Source of the DNA: Rhodosorus marinus CCMP1338
Lineage: Eukaryota; Plantae; Rhodophyta
Assembly: GCA_029953675.1 (NCBI GenBank)
Contig: JAMWBK010000010.1
Span: 558,001-622,000, forward strand
Direction of reading: 5' to 3'
DNA length: 64,000 bases
The position numbers and the translations under genes are program-made. Positions 13,031 to 25,700 of this stretch are shown one piece after another. How positions within the stretch are numbered: position 1 is the first letter of the stretch; every line of letters starts with the position of its first letter. Under the pieces are notes generated by a model that saw only the letters and a list, made by a program, of their open reading frames with translations, did not search any database and was not told the DNA's origin.

Positions 13031-13891
13031 CTAGCTGTGCCAAGCATTGCCATTCTTGCGTAAAGAGTTTGAGAGATTGACGTGTACTCCTACGACGTGG
13101 TCTTGATCCGAGCTTAGATACAGAGTGGCGAGTCCCATCCGCTCGCGTGGTTTCCAACGGGGTAGATCAAAGCGGTTCGTTACCACCATTTGGTTTCTGG
13201 TCACCTCTCTGTCCAGCTTTCTCTCAATCTCTTTCATCATCTCCGATCCAAGGAACATGTAAACAACGTCAAAATCTGCTAGGTTCACCTAGGACGAGGG
13301 CATAACAGGGATCGTGACGAATCAGAGATCGGAATGGAAGGGTGGATCCACATGATCGTCGGGTGTAGAGCCAACCTTCCATATGTCCGCGGTTTTGAAA
13401 GTGGCTCTGGTTCGTAGTCCAGTTCTCCACGCTACAAGTTTGGAGTAAAGTACAAGCCATCTGTTGAGCTCGAATCCAAAGCCAAGTACTGGGTTGCTCC
13501 GTACCGCCGCAAGAACCACTCTTCCGTCTCCAGATCCTAGATCTACTGCTCGTATCTGCCGATTCGATGGCTTCAAGCGTGCCAACCCGAGCCTTGTCAA
13601 CTCCATAGCATCTGAAAGTTGCTTGTCTGTTGCTGGGATGTACGGTAATGCATGCCTGTGATAAAACATCTTCTTAAACTTAAGCAAGGGACAAGCTCGG
13701 TAGTTCACGCCTAATGCCTGCGTATTTAGATCGTCATACCGTCTAAGTCCGGGCGAAACGAAGGGCCACAGAAGTACGCCAATTCCACCGACGAAGCCAG
13801 CGCAGATAAGGACCGGTTTGAACCGGTTCCAAGACCGTGCCTCTGGGCTTGTTTCTTGCTTCTTCGCTGTAGCCCCAACCCCATCTTCCAT
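13031..13891 (-). CDS. ATPSCKMT: FAM173/ATPSCKMT-type protein lysine methyltransferase, 3 exons
   Basis: N-terminal hydrophobic segment, PFVSPGLRR/HALPYIPATDKQ, VDLGSGDGRVV, GFELNRWLVLYS, ADIWK/VNLADFD, TNRFDLPRW. These are FAM173A/B motifs; which paralogue is uncertain. Confidence 0.85.
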
Positions 13892-15649
13892 TGTCGCCAG
13901 TCTATGCTTGGGATCTGCTCCAAGACGCCGCACGCGTTTTCCGATCAATCGCGGTCGAAAGGTTTGACGAGAGCGAGTCTGTGCAGCTCATTCCAGAACA
14001 GTACACAGCTGACGCTTCAAACGATCTCCTTACGACCTGTCTCTGTCGTCAAGCAGCACAGCTCAAGAGAGGGAACCCGGCGACGGTGACCAAAGGCTCT
14101 TGGTTGAACCTGCAGGGTTATTAGCCTCGGCTCCTCTTCTCTGGGACCTCAGGTGATGCCTTTCTTCTTTCAATGAGCAGGAGATTTAACCCATTCGACG
14201 GATCAATGTCTTGAGGATCTCGCACTAACGCTTCGGTTCAAGCAAGTTTGAAGAATGGGAAGAACAGGTGTAAAGAAGCTGCTATGCTGCAAACCTCAAT
14301 ACTTGCACCTGATCGCGCTAGCTCCAGTCACATACGTACGGTAACACGTGGAACCGAATTCATGGCACCCCTGTGAAACCCAGTAAAGTGGGGAGCAGGA
14401 TTTCTTCTCCATTTTGTAGAGACCGGAATCATCTAAAACTTCTCTAGTCTCGTCGATCCTGTCCATCCTTGCCACTGGTATCGGCAACCCTTCAGAGGCT
14501 AGTTTCGACGGCTTCACTGGCCAGAAGCACATACACCCGCAAGGGGGGTAGACGAAGTGAAGAGAGAGGGAAACGCCGGCACATCCCTCGCGGAGCTCTG
14601 ACCGTCCCGATCCATGGTCCTCGACTGTGTTCAGCCCACGCGAAACCAACTGTGCTACCTCTAAGCTGCACGAGTATGTGTTCATATTATGAAACGTCTT
14701 CAATACGGGGATTGGTAAAAAGTGTAAGGGGCTGTGCAGCACTCTACCAAACATCGTAAGGGTGCCTCTTAGCTCCTAGTTGGTGGCTCGGTTTGGGACA
14801 AGTGGATGGGACAAGAGCATGGGACATTAATAAAAACTGGGACAGCTACGAGAATTCTTTTTTTTAATACAAAAGTGCACTGAGCCGTAAATACTGAATC
14901 ACAATGAATGAAATTGATTCGGTAATCTTACAATTAGCAATAATTTTATAAACAAAATCCAAGGCATATCAATGATATAGCCAATGAAAACTTGATAACA
15001 CCGGCATTCGCTCAGTAATTGGCAAACAATATATTAGATAATCATAATATTTACATAGTTACAACTGGTTTGAAATCGGAAATTATAAATTATTTGCGTT
15101 ATTCATATATTGGCGATTTCCTACATGAACCGAAGAAGAAAAAATATCCCGACCCCGGATGAAAAATCATGATTTAGATGTTTTTAGCCTCAGAAAGAAT
15201 TGAAATGTTTCTATTCTACCATCAAGTATCTAATTCTAAGGATTAGTCGCAGATTAAGATCTGTGACGACCACAGGATGACACCAGAGTATGTCTGGCCC
15301 GCACTCGGTCAGCCACTGAACACCGATGCAATTTAAACTTTGAATCGTACTACCCGTAATTTTGGTTTCGTATTGGGCATGAATAAATTGAATCTAAATA
15401 TGTTATGATAGTTTTTGGGACTTGTTTTGCTTTAGTATTAGGGGTAGAAATATTCTCATCCAGACAATGATGGGATTTTCTGTTCCAGCTCTCCAAGCCG
15501 CTGGTTGGGACAGTACTGAGTAGTCAGCAGAGTGATATAGGCAGCCGTAGCTTTCATTAGACATGCATATAGTGAGCTAGGAAGGCGGTTGGTGAGTCGT
15601 CTGGGTGCAGAGCATGCAATGGTACTGGTAAAGGTACTGTGAATTTTGC

Positions 15650-16279
15650 TTGGTTCCCTCCTGGATGAGTTTTGGAGCGGGTTGCTGGTTGGTTGTTCGG
15701 GACGAAATGGCGGTGAGGTGCGCTGAGACAGGCCCGTGCTCTGGGTCGTTGGCGGGTCGGGTGAGGTTAATGACGAGTGGCGCTACTGCTCCAACTGTGG
15801 AGGATATTGAATTGCTGGACAGACTCCTGGGCATGAGTCTGTCGAGAAAGCTGAAAGCGCAGCGAGGGTCAGGCTATGGCAAAGGAGTACAGAAAACTAG
15901 ACAACTTGAGCAGCGGTCTCGTACGAGAGACCTCAAAAATTGCACGTGTGTGAAGAAGAGAGTGAATCATTGGGTGTTTCTTCCGAGGTCGATGGGCTGT
16001 CTCAAAAGCGAAGCCTTTCCTTGTGCGGTTGGAGCAGGAGAGTTCGAAACCGTTCGACGATATGTCGATAGTGACTCCGGACTTTCGGATGACCCGGCCT
16101 CCGGAAGCTACGTTTGTGGGGAAGTATTGACAGTCACAGCCAAAGATTTAGCAGTAGCTGACTCTGAGTTTGGCGAACGCACGAGAGTAGTTATTGAGGT
16201 ACAGTCGACGATGGACTCCAGCTACATCGTTCGTGCTTACGCTTACTTGAGGTCTGACGCGATGAGTTACTCATCCTAA
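15650..16279 (+). CDS. Hypothetical protein (209-aa ORF, true start uncertain)
   Basis: Open frame in GC-balanced sequence with no recognisable domain. Confidence 0.35.
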   Translation: MVPSWMSFGAGCWLVVRDEMAVRCAETGPCSGSLAGRVRLMTSGATAPTVEDIELLDRLLGMSLSRKLKAQRGSGYGKGVQKTRQLEQRSRTRDLKNCTCVKKRVNHWVFLPRSMGCLKSEAFPCAVGAGEFETVRRYVDSDSGLSDDPASGSYVCGEVLTVTAKDLAVADSEFGERTRVVIEVQSTMDSSYIVRAYAYLRSDAMSYSS

Positions 16280-17934
16280 CTTTCAACTTACCGGATAGAC
16301 AGAATCGTTGTATTTAAGTGATTTCGTTCGCGGAACTGTTGTACAAGATGTATACATCTATGAATTGTAGAAAAGAGAGTGTGTAAAACCTCATTAATCA
16401 TAGGGAGCGGTCTTGAACATACCATGAAGCCACCTCCTCAACCGAAACCATCCAGGAAACCAGCAACTTCGAAAACCAGCACCTTCTCTCAAGACATAAC
16501 CCCGTCGTCCAAACCGACAGCAATCTAGGTAAACCAGAAAAGAAAAAGCCGGTTTGCCCAAATCCATCTATTTTATTCAACTAAAAACACATTTTTTCCC
16601 GATTAAACCAATTACAATTCCAACAACAAACCTCTAAAACCCAATCAACGCCATCTAATACCACACCCATTAAAAACTTAAATGTTTTCAAGAATATGAA
16701 TGCACCAAAATGAAAAAAAAACACCACCCCAACAAAAAAAACCAAAAAAAATCTCACCCGACAAAAAAAACTGAATTCAATATCCAAACCTCACATTGTC
16801 ATGAAAACAAAATTAAATTAGACGGAAACCCTCCCCCTTTGAATCACCTGTTCGACCGGTAAAGGAGTTTGTCAGTTACCTAGAAAAAAAATAATAACTT
16901 GATTTTCTCGCCGTTTAGTAAGTTCAAAATTTAAAAAAATGACTCACAAAGACAGCTGTCCCTAAAACAGAAAAAGAGGAGTACTCTTTTAGTGGTTGTT
17001 TTTTGTACGGGTTTGTTCTGAAACATGCGTTACAGGGGTTCTGATGCTGGGAACTGTTGTTTTGATTAATCTGTGGTGTTTTTGTTTTTTTCAGCTGCGG
17101 AAAGGGTGTGTGCTGGGACTATAGTGTAGGGTGTTGGGGTTGGTAGTTGCAGGAATCTTTTTCGTTTTACTGGAGTCTAGCAGCCTATACAGTGCTGGTA
17201 GAAGGTAAAAAGCGACGAAAAACCAGACAAAAATACATACAGAGCCACTTGAAAGGGGTCAAGACGTCAGTGGTGGAAACTCTCTGGAGTGGACGTTGTG
17301 CTTGTGTAGTGGAGCTGCTCTTATGGCTGGGTGCTTACTGATGTTTTAATCGGCCAGGAGGATTGGAGAAAGTGTACAGGGTTCTGATTTGTTTCGTTTA
17401 TCTTTGTTGGGGAGAGCAGACTAGTGTTTGGCTCTGCCCGAAGGGTATTGGTTGTGCTGTTGTTGGTTTTGAAAGTTGTTGGTGAAGACCCACGCTCGTT
17501 TTCTCGTCGGAGAGGGTCTTGTCCATTTGGCCATAATTTTTGGTTTTCAGCCTTGCCAGCCGCGTTGTTTGTGGAATCCTCTCTCGTGGTTTGATTTTCT
17601 CCGCTCTGCTTGGAACGGTATTGGTGATGATTGAGTGAAGCGGGACTGCTTGCACAGAGAACAGCAACGACAGGCTTTGCTCTTTGCGGGTTTAAGGGGA
17701 TGTTTGAGGTAAGAAGCTACTATTTGATGTTGTTGGATGAGATGTCGCAAGGGTTGAAGTGAGCAAAATCGGCAGCTCTAGTCCCAGTGCGAGTTTTGCT
17801 TGTGCGGTTGTTCGATAAGATTTGTGGCAAGATTAAGGATTTCTGTCTGTGGGGAGCGGGGAGGGACTGCTAGTATTTCGATTGTTTGGACCGAGCAGGA
17901 CTTGCACTGTGTGCGAGTAGCGGAGGTTTGCTCC

Positions 17935-20900
17935 ATGTCCCTCGCACTAGAGAAAGAGCCGAGCTTCACGGACTCGAGCTTCGCTGTGTCTGAAACCGAC
18001 GAGGAGAGTGACGGAACGGAAACTTTCTCGTTAATCCATAATGATGTTTCACTGGCTATTGATCAGCTTAGAAGTCAGCTGCAAGTCCTTCAGCAGGCTG
18101 ACGGATCGGAGCTTGAGGTAATCAGATCAAATCACACTACTCCAAAATAGCAATTTCGGCGCTTTAGAGTCATCTGTCGGAAGCATGCGATTGCTGAGCG
18201 AGTGCACTTCATTCAATTTCAACGACTTTCAGGCCGAGCTTGGAGAGGCTAAAATATGCGCCGACGAAGCTAAAGAGGCATATGACGTCATGAAGAACAC
18301 CGTGCGTGAGATGGGACCCGATGCCAGGGCTAGATGGCTGCCACATGCGAAGATTCAGCAGGAGACACTAAAGGGTTTGATGTCAGAATACTTGAGTACT
18401 AAGCGTCAAGTAGCTCGCTCCGCTGTCTCAGCTGACCGGCGCAACACTGAGCAAGCCGATTCTGAGGAAGACGAAGAACCCGAGACTCCGGCAGTGGACC
18501 CAGTTACAGCGGAGAAAATTAGCGAATACCTTGACCAGTTGGACAGGGCGATGGACGAGATAGACAATAGCATAGGACGGAAAGAAATCGATAATACAAC
18601 GAGAAACCAAGTCAAGACAGCACAGGAAACCTATGACGGGCTAAAGGTACGCTGAGTGTGCTTGAGTATATTCCAGTCTCATGTTACTGTTTTGGAACTA
18701 CAAGTACTAGAAATGACTCTCCTCTGGCTTGCCAGGACCTCGTTCGAAGCATACCACCATTGGCCAGAGCAGAATACGTCGCAATCGCAAAAACAGCTCG
18801 TGATAGGCTACACAAGACGCTGCTGGAGCTCAAGGAAGTGCACATTGTTCCTGAAATCGTGCCAAGCACCCCTGAAAAGTCTCAGAAAGCGAAAGAGGAC
18901 AGCCAACGAAAACCAGACCAGAAACGTCTGGAGCGACTCCATAACGATCTCGCAGCCCTCCTCGTCAAACTCAGACATGAAATAGACGCGGTAAGCTCGC
19001 AAAACAAAAAAAAAAAGCCGTCCGAGAACCTCGGGAGATCCCCGGTCCAAACTCTCACTCGGATCAGCGCAGCTCTGAGGACTGTTTGGAGTCTCTCATG
19101 GGAGCGAGTCTGAGGGTGATCGGAGCGAGAGCTTCGAATAGCTGCTGAGCGTATCCACCTGAGAATGCAAGAAGCCTCCCGCCACAAAACCTGATATCTA
19201 CATGAAGACTGACTACCACTTGGAACTCTGCTTTCTTACGGAGCAGAAGAACTACTATGGAGCCAACTTGATCAGTCCCGAGGCGACGAGAGTGTACGAG
19301 GAGTTGAAGGTTAGTATTCGCTTCTAGAAAGGCTGTCCTTGAACAGCTGCAGTGCCTAATCGATCGAGATCCGGAGTCCAAATCTTCGTTGTAGAAGAAT
19401 GGGATAGTGCTCTGAATCAAAGTTGGGATTGTCACTGACAGGATGAGATCAGGCAGCACGGACCTGACGTAAAGAACGTGTGGCTGCCTGAGATTCTGTC
19501 GCAGAAGAACGACCTTCAAGCCTTCGTTCGAGTGTGCGAGGAGGCGGAAGAGAGCGAATTTGGAGTTTCTTTTGGTGATGCTGAAGCTGCGATTGACGAT
19601 GTGAATGACGTACCATATCCACGAGAAGCGACACCAAAGGTTCTCCAGAGAACCGCTGAGGAATCCCAAATGACAGATGACGTCTTGATGGAGAGCATTT
19701 GCATCTCAATTGACAGTCAGGTTGATAGCTTGACAAGTACGAACCATTACCCAATCCTCGCACAGGTCATCCGAGCGCTAATCAAGCGTATGGATATATT
19801 GTATCTTCGCCCTAGTTGCTCTCGACGCCTGCGAGGCTCGAGGTGGGTTGACCCAGCCTGACTACGACGGCCTGAAGAGTCAGGTCGCCGCTTTGAAGGA
19901 GACCTACGAGAAAGCCAAGGTGGGTTGGAACTATGGCCTAATCCGAAGAACTCTATTTCCGAAATGCTGAATACTTCGGACGCTGTTCGTTGAACACTTG
20001 TTCAGAACGAAGTACGGGCGATGCAGTCCGAAGGGAGGGAGAACTGGATTTCGGTGCTGAAGTCGCTCCAAAAGGATCTGCATGAGGTTTTGGTGAGGCA
20101 CGCAGAGTTGATGAGAGCGCTGACAAAGAATGGAGAGACGTTCCTGGCGGTGGATGAGGGTCACCCTCAGGAGCTTCAGACGGGTGAGTTGGAAAAGAAC
20201 CTCAAATTTTTCTTCCAGTGGTGTGATTCTCGAGTTTTCGACTCAGGAGAGGTAACTGAATTTTGGCTTCTCGACCGCGCTTCTTGCCAGAACAACTCTC
20301 AGAGGTATCAGATCACACTCCAAAGCATGAGAAAACTGATGAAGACCCCGCGGGGCTGCAAGTTAGGCACTCGGAGATTGGACCTTCGGCAGAGTTTGAC
20401 ACGCCAATGGTACGAAAAGTCTCAGAACAACCTCATACGACGGGGGTTTTCCATGATACTGAGTATGCAAGCCTTTCTGGGGGGGGTGGCAACCAGGCAT
20501 CGCTCGAGGATCTTCCAGAGCTTGAAGAGACAAGCTCGCATGCACAGCCGAAGGCTGATGAACATGAGCAGAGAACGTTGAGCATTACCGCTGCGAGTGT
20601 AGTCGAAGTTGAGACCAAACTGGAAGCAACTGTCTACGCGATGGAGGAGGACAGCGAGAAGGCAGCTCTGGACTTCACAATCGATCTCTATAGAAGTGCA
20701 ATGGCTGGTTTAAGGAACAGTAGGGGCATCCTCGACGAGTACAAGGTATGAAACGACCCAACTCGCTTATTTTGTTTCATTTGAAAAGGTTTTTATTGCG
20801 TTAGATAGTGCCTGGCTTCCTGCACTTAGAAATTGCTCCTCGCTGTCGTGCAGGCCTTCGAGAGTTCACTGGTTGAAGAAGACATGGACGTCCACAAGAC

Positions 20901-21132
20901 AAAGGTTGTCGAATTTGATGGAAGGATTGTCGCGGTGATGAAATCTCTTGTAGAGTTGGAAAACATGGCAGAGGCTGACAACCGCGTGCTAAGCAGTGTA
21001 CTGGAGGAGAAGTCTGTTAATAGCTCTGTTGTAACTTCCACCCCCACAGCTGCTGCTCCCTCTATCCCGCATGTGAAAAACATCGACAAGAAGAAAAAGA
21101 AAAAGCGAAAAGGCTGCTGTGTCATTTCTTAG
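17935..21132 (+). CDS. Multi-exon helical-repeat protein (at least 4 Vti1 N-terminal-like repeats) with a C-terminal polybasic CaaX motif
   Basis: Phase-0 introns 18118-18232, 18647-18735 and 19310-19441 join in-frame exons. The recurring motif is Y(D/E)x(M/L/A)KxxVRxxxPxxRxxW. The terminal exon ends KKKKKKRKGCCVIS*. Junctions between 18991-19246 and 19720-20290 are uncertain. Confidence 0.7.
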
Positions 21133-21708
21133 TACCCGATGAGACCTTTGCGAAAGTATAAACGCGTGTTTATCAGCGAGCCAAGCAGGCGCAGAGCGGA
21201 TTTGCTGAGTTTTTTGATTACGAAAAGGAGCCGGAAATTCTGTGAACCTCGACTTGAGCATCGGCTTGGAGTTGATGATGAATGCTGGGCTCTTGGGCAC
21301 GGTCTGTGGCCGTTTCGGCGAGACCTAGTGCAGAAGAAGTTGAGCAAAGAACACCATGTACACCAACAAGAAGAGCCCGCGGAGCCCAAGTTTTGCCGAG
21401 GACCGTAGTTGGCTTGATGACGACTGGCGGACGTTGTAGCCACTAGAGACTGTAGTTTTTATCGGGACGGCTTAAAGCAACCCGGACTTTGAGGCTGCGA
21501 AACGCCACCTCTTTTGACAGTGTACTTCAAAGGATGTGCACAGACGTGGAAGACGTTCTCGGGGTGGGGAGGGCACGATAACGGCTTGTTTTCCATTTGG
21601 TTGAAACATCGTGCCGGTCACCTGTTGTACAGTTGCGTTTTATTTTCCTGTCTTTCTCAGTTTTCCCTCTGCGTCTTTCTGACGAATGGGCGCGTTTCAT
21701 ATAGACGA

Positions 21709-22725
21709 TCACTCTTTTTTCGAACTTTCTTTCTCTTCGCCTGGGTTGATAAGATCCTCAGAGCTGTTCAGTTGGTAGGTCGATTTGCCATCAAGCGGTT
21801 TGGTAAACTCATACTGTGCAGGCGAAAGCAAGTACTGGTGGAGTCTAACAGTTATGATAACGTCCCTACGCCGCCTTGTCAAAAATCCACGGGGGAAGAA
21901 GTACGCGTCGCCCCTGATCGTAAACAGTTTGTTGGCCTTCGGAATAATGGTAGCTTTCGGTGGCCCGCCTAGATCGTTGACATGTCGCTTGTAGTCGTAA
22001 AGTCCGATAGGCCCCCCCCAGAACTCTTTCGGGGCATGCGAAAACAGAAGGTCAGTCTGATGCGCAACAACAGCGGGTTTTGTCAAGAAAAGCGCGTCCT
22101 TGAATGTCCGACGCTCTATGTTGGAAAAGGTCGCCACAAAAGGTGGCAAACCTTGCAGCTTGGGTGGATTTTCTCCAATTTCGAACCAGTCCCTCTGGGT
22201 CAACTCTTGAGCACTTCGGACGTTGATAACAATTTGAAAGGCGTTATACTTTGGGGATCTGACCCGCTCGAAGAACGAAGTGAAGCAGCTTAAGCTCTCA
22301 TTCTTATACAACTCTGCGGCTCCCTTCGAAGTGAACTTGATAAAAACAGAATTGGAGTGGTTCTTCCTCCTCTCGGGGGCTAAGCCATTGACTGCCAAAT
22401 CCACAGCGCAATTCTCCAACTCTCTCAGACCCCTTGAATCCGCTGCTGAGAAGAAGTTCTCCGTCTCAACGAGCATCTCCTGCTCGCCCAATTGTGGGAC
22501 TATATGCCTCTCCTCGACGTCTCCAAGCAAGTACCTTACAAGCACTGCTATGATCATGCCGAGCAAGAAGATTCTTCCGCCCAGCTGAACCAACATCTTC
22601 CTTGTCTGAGCAATCTCGTCATCGACCGATGTCCCACGGCCCCTCGAAGCAGGGACTTCATTCTTTGTTTTCGCCCCGTTCTTCTTATGATCTCCTGTCT
22701 TCCTCTTTCGAGTTTCACCGGCCAT
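21709..22725 (-). CDS. Single-pass membrane protein with a 2OG-Fe(II) oxygenase-like domain, probably catalytically inactive
   Basis: Intronless ORF (ATG 22725) with a TM segment GRIFLLGMIIAVLVRYLL. NAF, FWGGPIGL, IIPKANKLFTIRGDAYF and RLHQYLLS match the double-stranded beta-helix pattern, but HxD..H is not visible. Confidence 0.6.
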   Translation of the reverse strand: MAGETRKRKTGDHKKNGAKTKNEVPASRGRGTSVDDEIAQTRKMLVQLGGRIFLLGMIIAVLVRYLLGDVEERHIVPQLGEQEMLVETENFFSAADSRGLRELENCAVDLAVNGLAPERRKNHSNSVFIKFTSKGAAELYKNESLSCFTSFFERVRSPKYNAFQIVINVRSAQELTQRDWFEIGENPPKLQGLPPFVATFSNIERRTFKDALFLTKPAVVAHQTDLLFSHAPKEFWGGPIGLYDYKRHVNDLGGPPKATIIPKANKLFTIRGDAYFFPRGFLTRRRRDVIITVRLHQYLLSPAQYEFTKPLDGKSTYQLNSSEDLINPGEEKESSKKE

Positions 22726-25700
22726 CTTTCTTTCTTTGTCTAAGAGCAAACAAGCCTTGCCAAAATGAAACACCAGATCTTGAACCACCTAGAGACAGTC
22801 TCTCCACCCCGCTCTCAAACACTAAATACAAAATACCTTAACGGATTCTGGTCGTGCTTTGCATCGATTCCTGGAAGGGCAGTTTCAACGGATTGAACCC
22901 CGGAAGGTGGTGGTAGGAGTTGAGAATCGGGTCTTCTTCTCTTTCATGATGGGTCAGGTCTTCTTATTCGCGAGGTTACGTTGGCCATCGGTCAGCGTCC
23001 ACAAAATCTTAAAAGAGATCCAAGCCGAGGGACACGGGAAAGGCGGCGAACAAACAGTTGTCCCGGACATTCGACTGGTCGGGCGTCGCCCGCGAGGGGC
23101 TAGGAGATGGTTCCCCTCACCCTCCCAAACCACCAGCAAACCTTGTTTTTGTAAGCTCAATGAGCCCTGAATACAACGTGAAAAGCAAAAACTCAACCTG
23201 ATGAAGAGCACTGGCTGCAAGAGATTCAGACAGTCCATTTGGACAGACAACCACGGCGGTCAAAAGAGCGAAAAAAAAGGGGAACTAGTACGTTGTACAG
23301 TTTAATATTGTTATACTATCAATATTAAACTGATTGCATATCAGTCAATATAGAACCACCGCCAATTAGGTCCCTCACCCACACTCACACGCGCATTTTT
23401 CTTCTAATAATAGATAATTCTTTTCCACTGGAAGGATTGTTGGAATCTGATTCGTCGGCGCAGATACATGGATTCTTGAGGGGTTAAAAAAACTTTCGCA
23501 AAGCTCCAGAATGCTCTATAGTCTTTAAAATAACTGAGTTTCACAATTTTCAGAAAGAACAGGTAGGTGTGTACCAAAACAATTTCTTTTGTTTTAAAGG
23601 AAGACAGTTTCTTTTTTTGTTTATATATTTTAAGCATAGCTGAGGTACGGCCCCTTTTTTGCCTTTTGGGGTAGGGGTTTTACCCTCATTGCGAGCTCGA
23701 ATACTTAACACTCCATATACACCCCCTTCTTGGTTTCCCATTTGTCACGACAATACCTCCAAAAAAATTATATAAAGCTTATAACGACGACTGTCGCTCA
23801 CGCCTTTTGGGAAAATCCGTTTCAATTCCCACTCCTAAATAGAAAAAGAACACCCCCCCCTAATATCGGAATGAAGATTTCATGCTTTTGAAGAAGCGAA
23901 AAAAAAAAATTCGCTCCTTTTTATTTTGCTAATAATATCAGAGGTAAGTAAAACATTTCCATTTCATTTGTTTCAAAATAGTACCCTTCCCGACGTAACC
24001 CCCCCTTTTCATGAAACTAAAATTTCCAAAGTGTGCTTTATCTATGAATATTGTTCGGCTCTGTTGGATCACCATGATTGATTGTAGGGGAGGGAGTGAA
24101 CAGCAACTTTTAGTGAGATACATCTTGGTGATATGTTTAGCCTGTCTTATGGGACGCGAATGAAAGGGTATAAAAGTGAGTGGGAGAGGAGGTGGGAGGT
24201 TGGCGGGATAGTTGGTGGCCTGGGTGGGGCTTTGCTTTTCTGGGAATTTGACTGGGTTGACAAGGTGGTTACGAACGGGGAGGGGGGGGGAGGGGGTAGT
24301 TTAGGCGCGACCCTGCTTTCTCTGCCCTTTTGGGGGTTATGGTGAGCTTTTGATGGAGTGACTGAGGGTTTATGAGCTTTTGACCATTTTGGTTCGGATG
24401 AGGTGGAACTAGTGGAGCCCTGACCACTATGGCCAAAAAAAAAAGGAGGGCGCTTACCATGGCGAGAGAGTTGCGCATGGTGGGTGATGACGTAATGGTA
24501 ACCCCCGATTTTTTCGATCCCGAGTACCAATGTGAATGAGGTAGGAGACCTGGCATTCACGGATGGCGAGACAGCTGGCAGACTGATGACCACGAGACGT
24601 GCAGGATATATTAGACACGAGATGTGCTGGATTTATATGGCGCGAGATTTGCAGGAAACATGACACAAGATGGCGATGAGACCGACACCGTTTTAGCATA
24701 GCCTCAATAGCCGAATGATCATAGCAAGATGAAACCTGTAGGACCTTTGTCGTAGGGGAACCAGCCCCATGTTTTTAACTACCGTATCCAGTTTCTTTCT
24801 GTAAAAGCAATGCCCCACGCTTTTCTTATATTTTTTCAGAAGACATGCGTGATGCGAACAGAGTTTCGACGCCGCGGTCGCGTAATAGGATTCAGGGTTC
24901 GTCTCGTACTCAAGGTACCAGTCCTCTTTGTAACAAATGGAGCTCTTATGCGGGCAGAGTTACCCCTTTCTGTCCTCCACTCCAACGCTAATATGTAGGG
25001 ACATTTTGTTATCGTCCCCTGTCGCCCATTTAACGCAGGACTGATGATGATGATGATGATGAGCTCTTGCCGGAGTACGCTTGGATCGGCTTCCTTACCG
25101 AGCGACACTGCGCGAGAGATGTGGCTCGCCTCGCAGGATAGGTATTTCAGAGAAAGTCTGTAAACCTGCAGCGAATGTGGAACGAAGTCTACAGAAAACA
25201 ACTCTGGCAACGAAGTGTACAGAAAAAGGGTTAGGGCAACCCCTCCGGTCAGAGCCCTGATCGAATGGTACGGCGAGCAGTTCGCGGTGATCAAGGAGGC
25301 ACAGCGGGTGGGCCTGGGAGATGACGAGAAAGTCCGAATCCTCAAGTCTGGTATCAACGGTAGGGGGAGCTCAAAGTTCACCTCTACACGACTCTGAGAT
25401 TGCTCAGCTCCAGACCTGAGGTGCAGGCATCCTGACATCTCATCATAGTTCACTTTTGTCACTAATGGCATCATTGTTCCAAACAGCCGCGTACGCGAGC
25501 GAGAGCCAGGAGGAGATTTCTACGAGAATTGGGGAACACAGACAATCCGTCGTGTAAATTGAGCAGCGCCACCTGCCCGAGAAACATACCGAAGGCTACC
25601 TGACGCACAGATTGCGTGTATGAAGTAATTTAAAGCCAGCCACTTTCAGGGTTTACTTGCTATGTACAGATATACTACTTCACCCCTGACCCAAGCACTC

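Noticed and set aside
14296-14754. 152-aa minus-strand ORF
   Set aside because: No domain, and no supporting splice pattern or coding signal that could be confirmed.
22860-25474. Possible multi-exon minus-strand gene spanning the skewed block (donor-like GTAAGC at about 24457)
   Set aside because: No stop-free spliced frame could be built; left unannotated.
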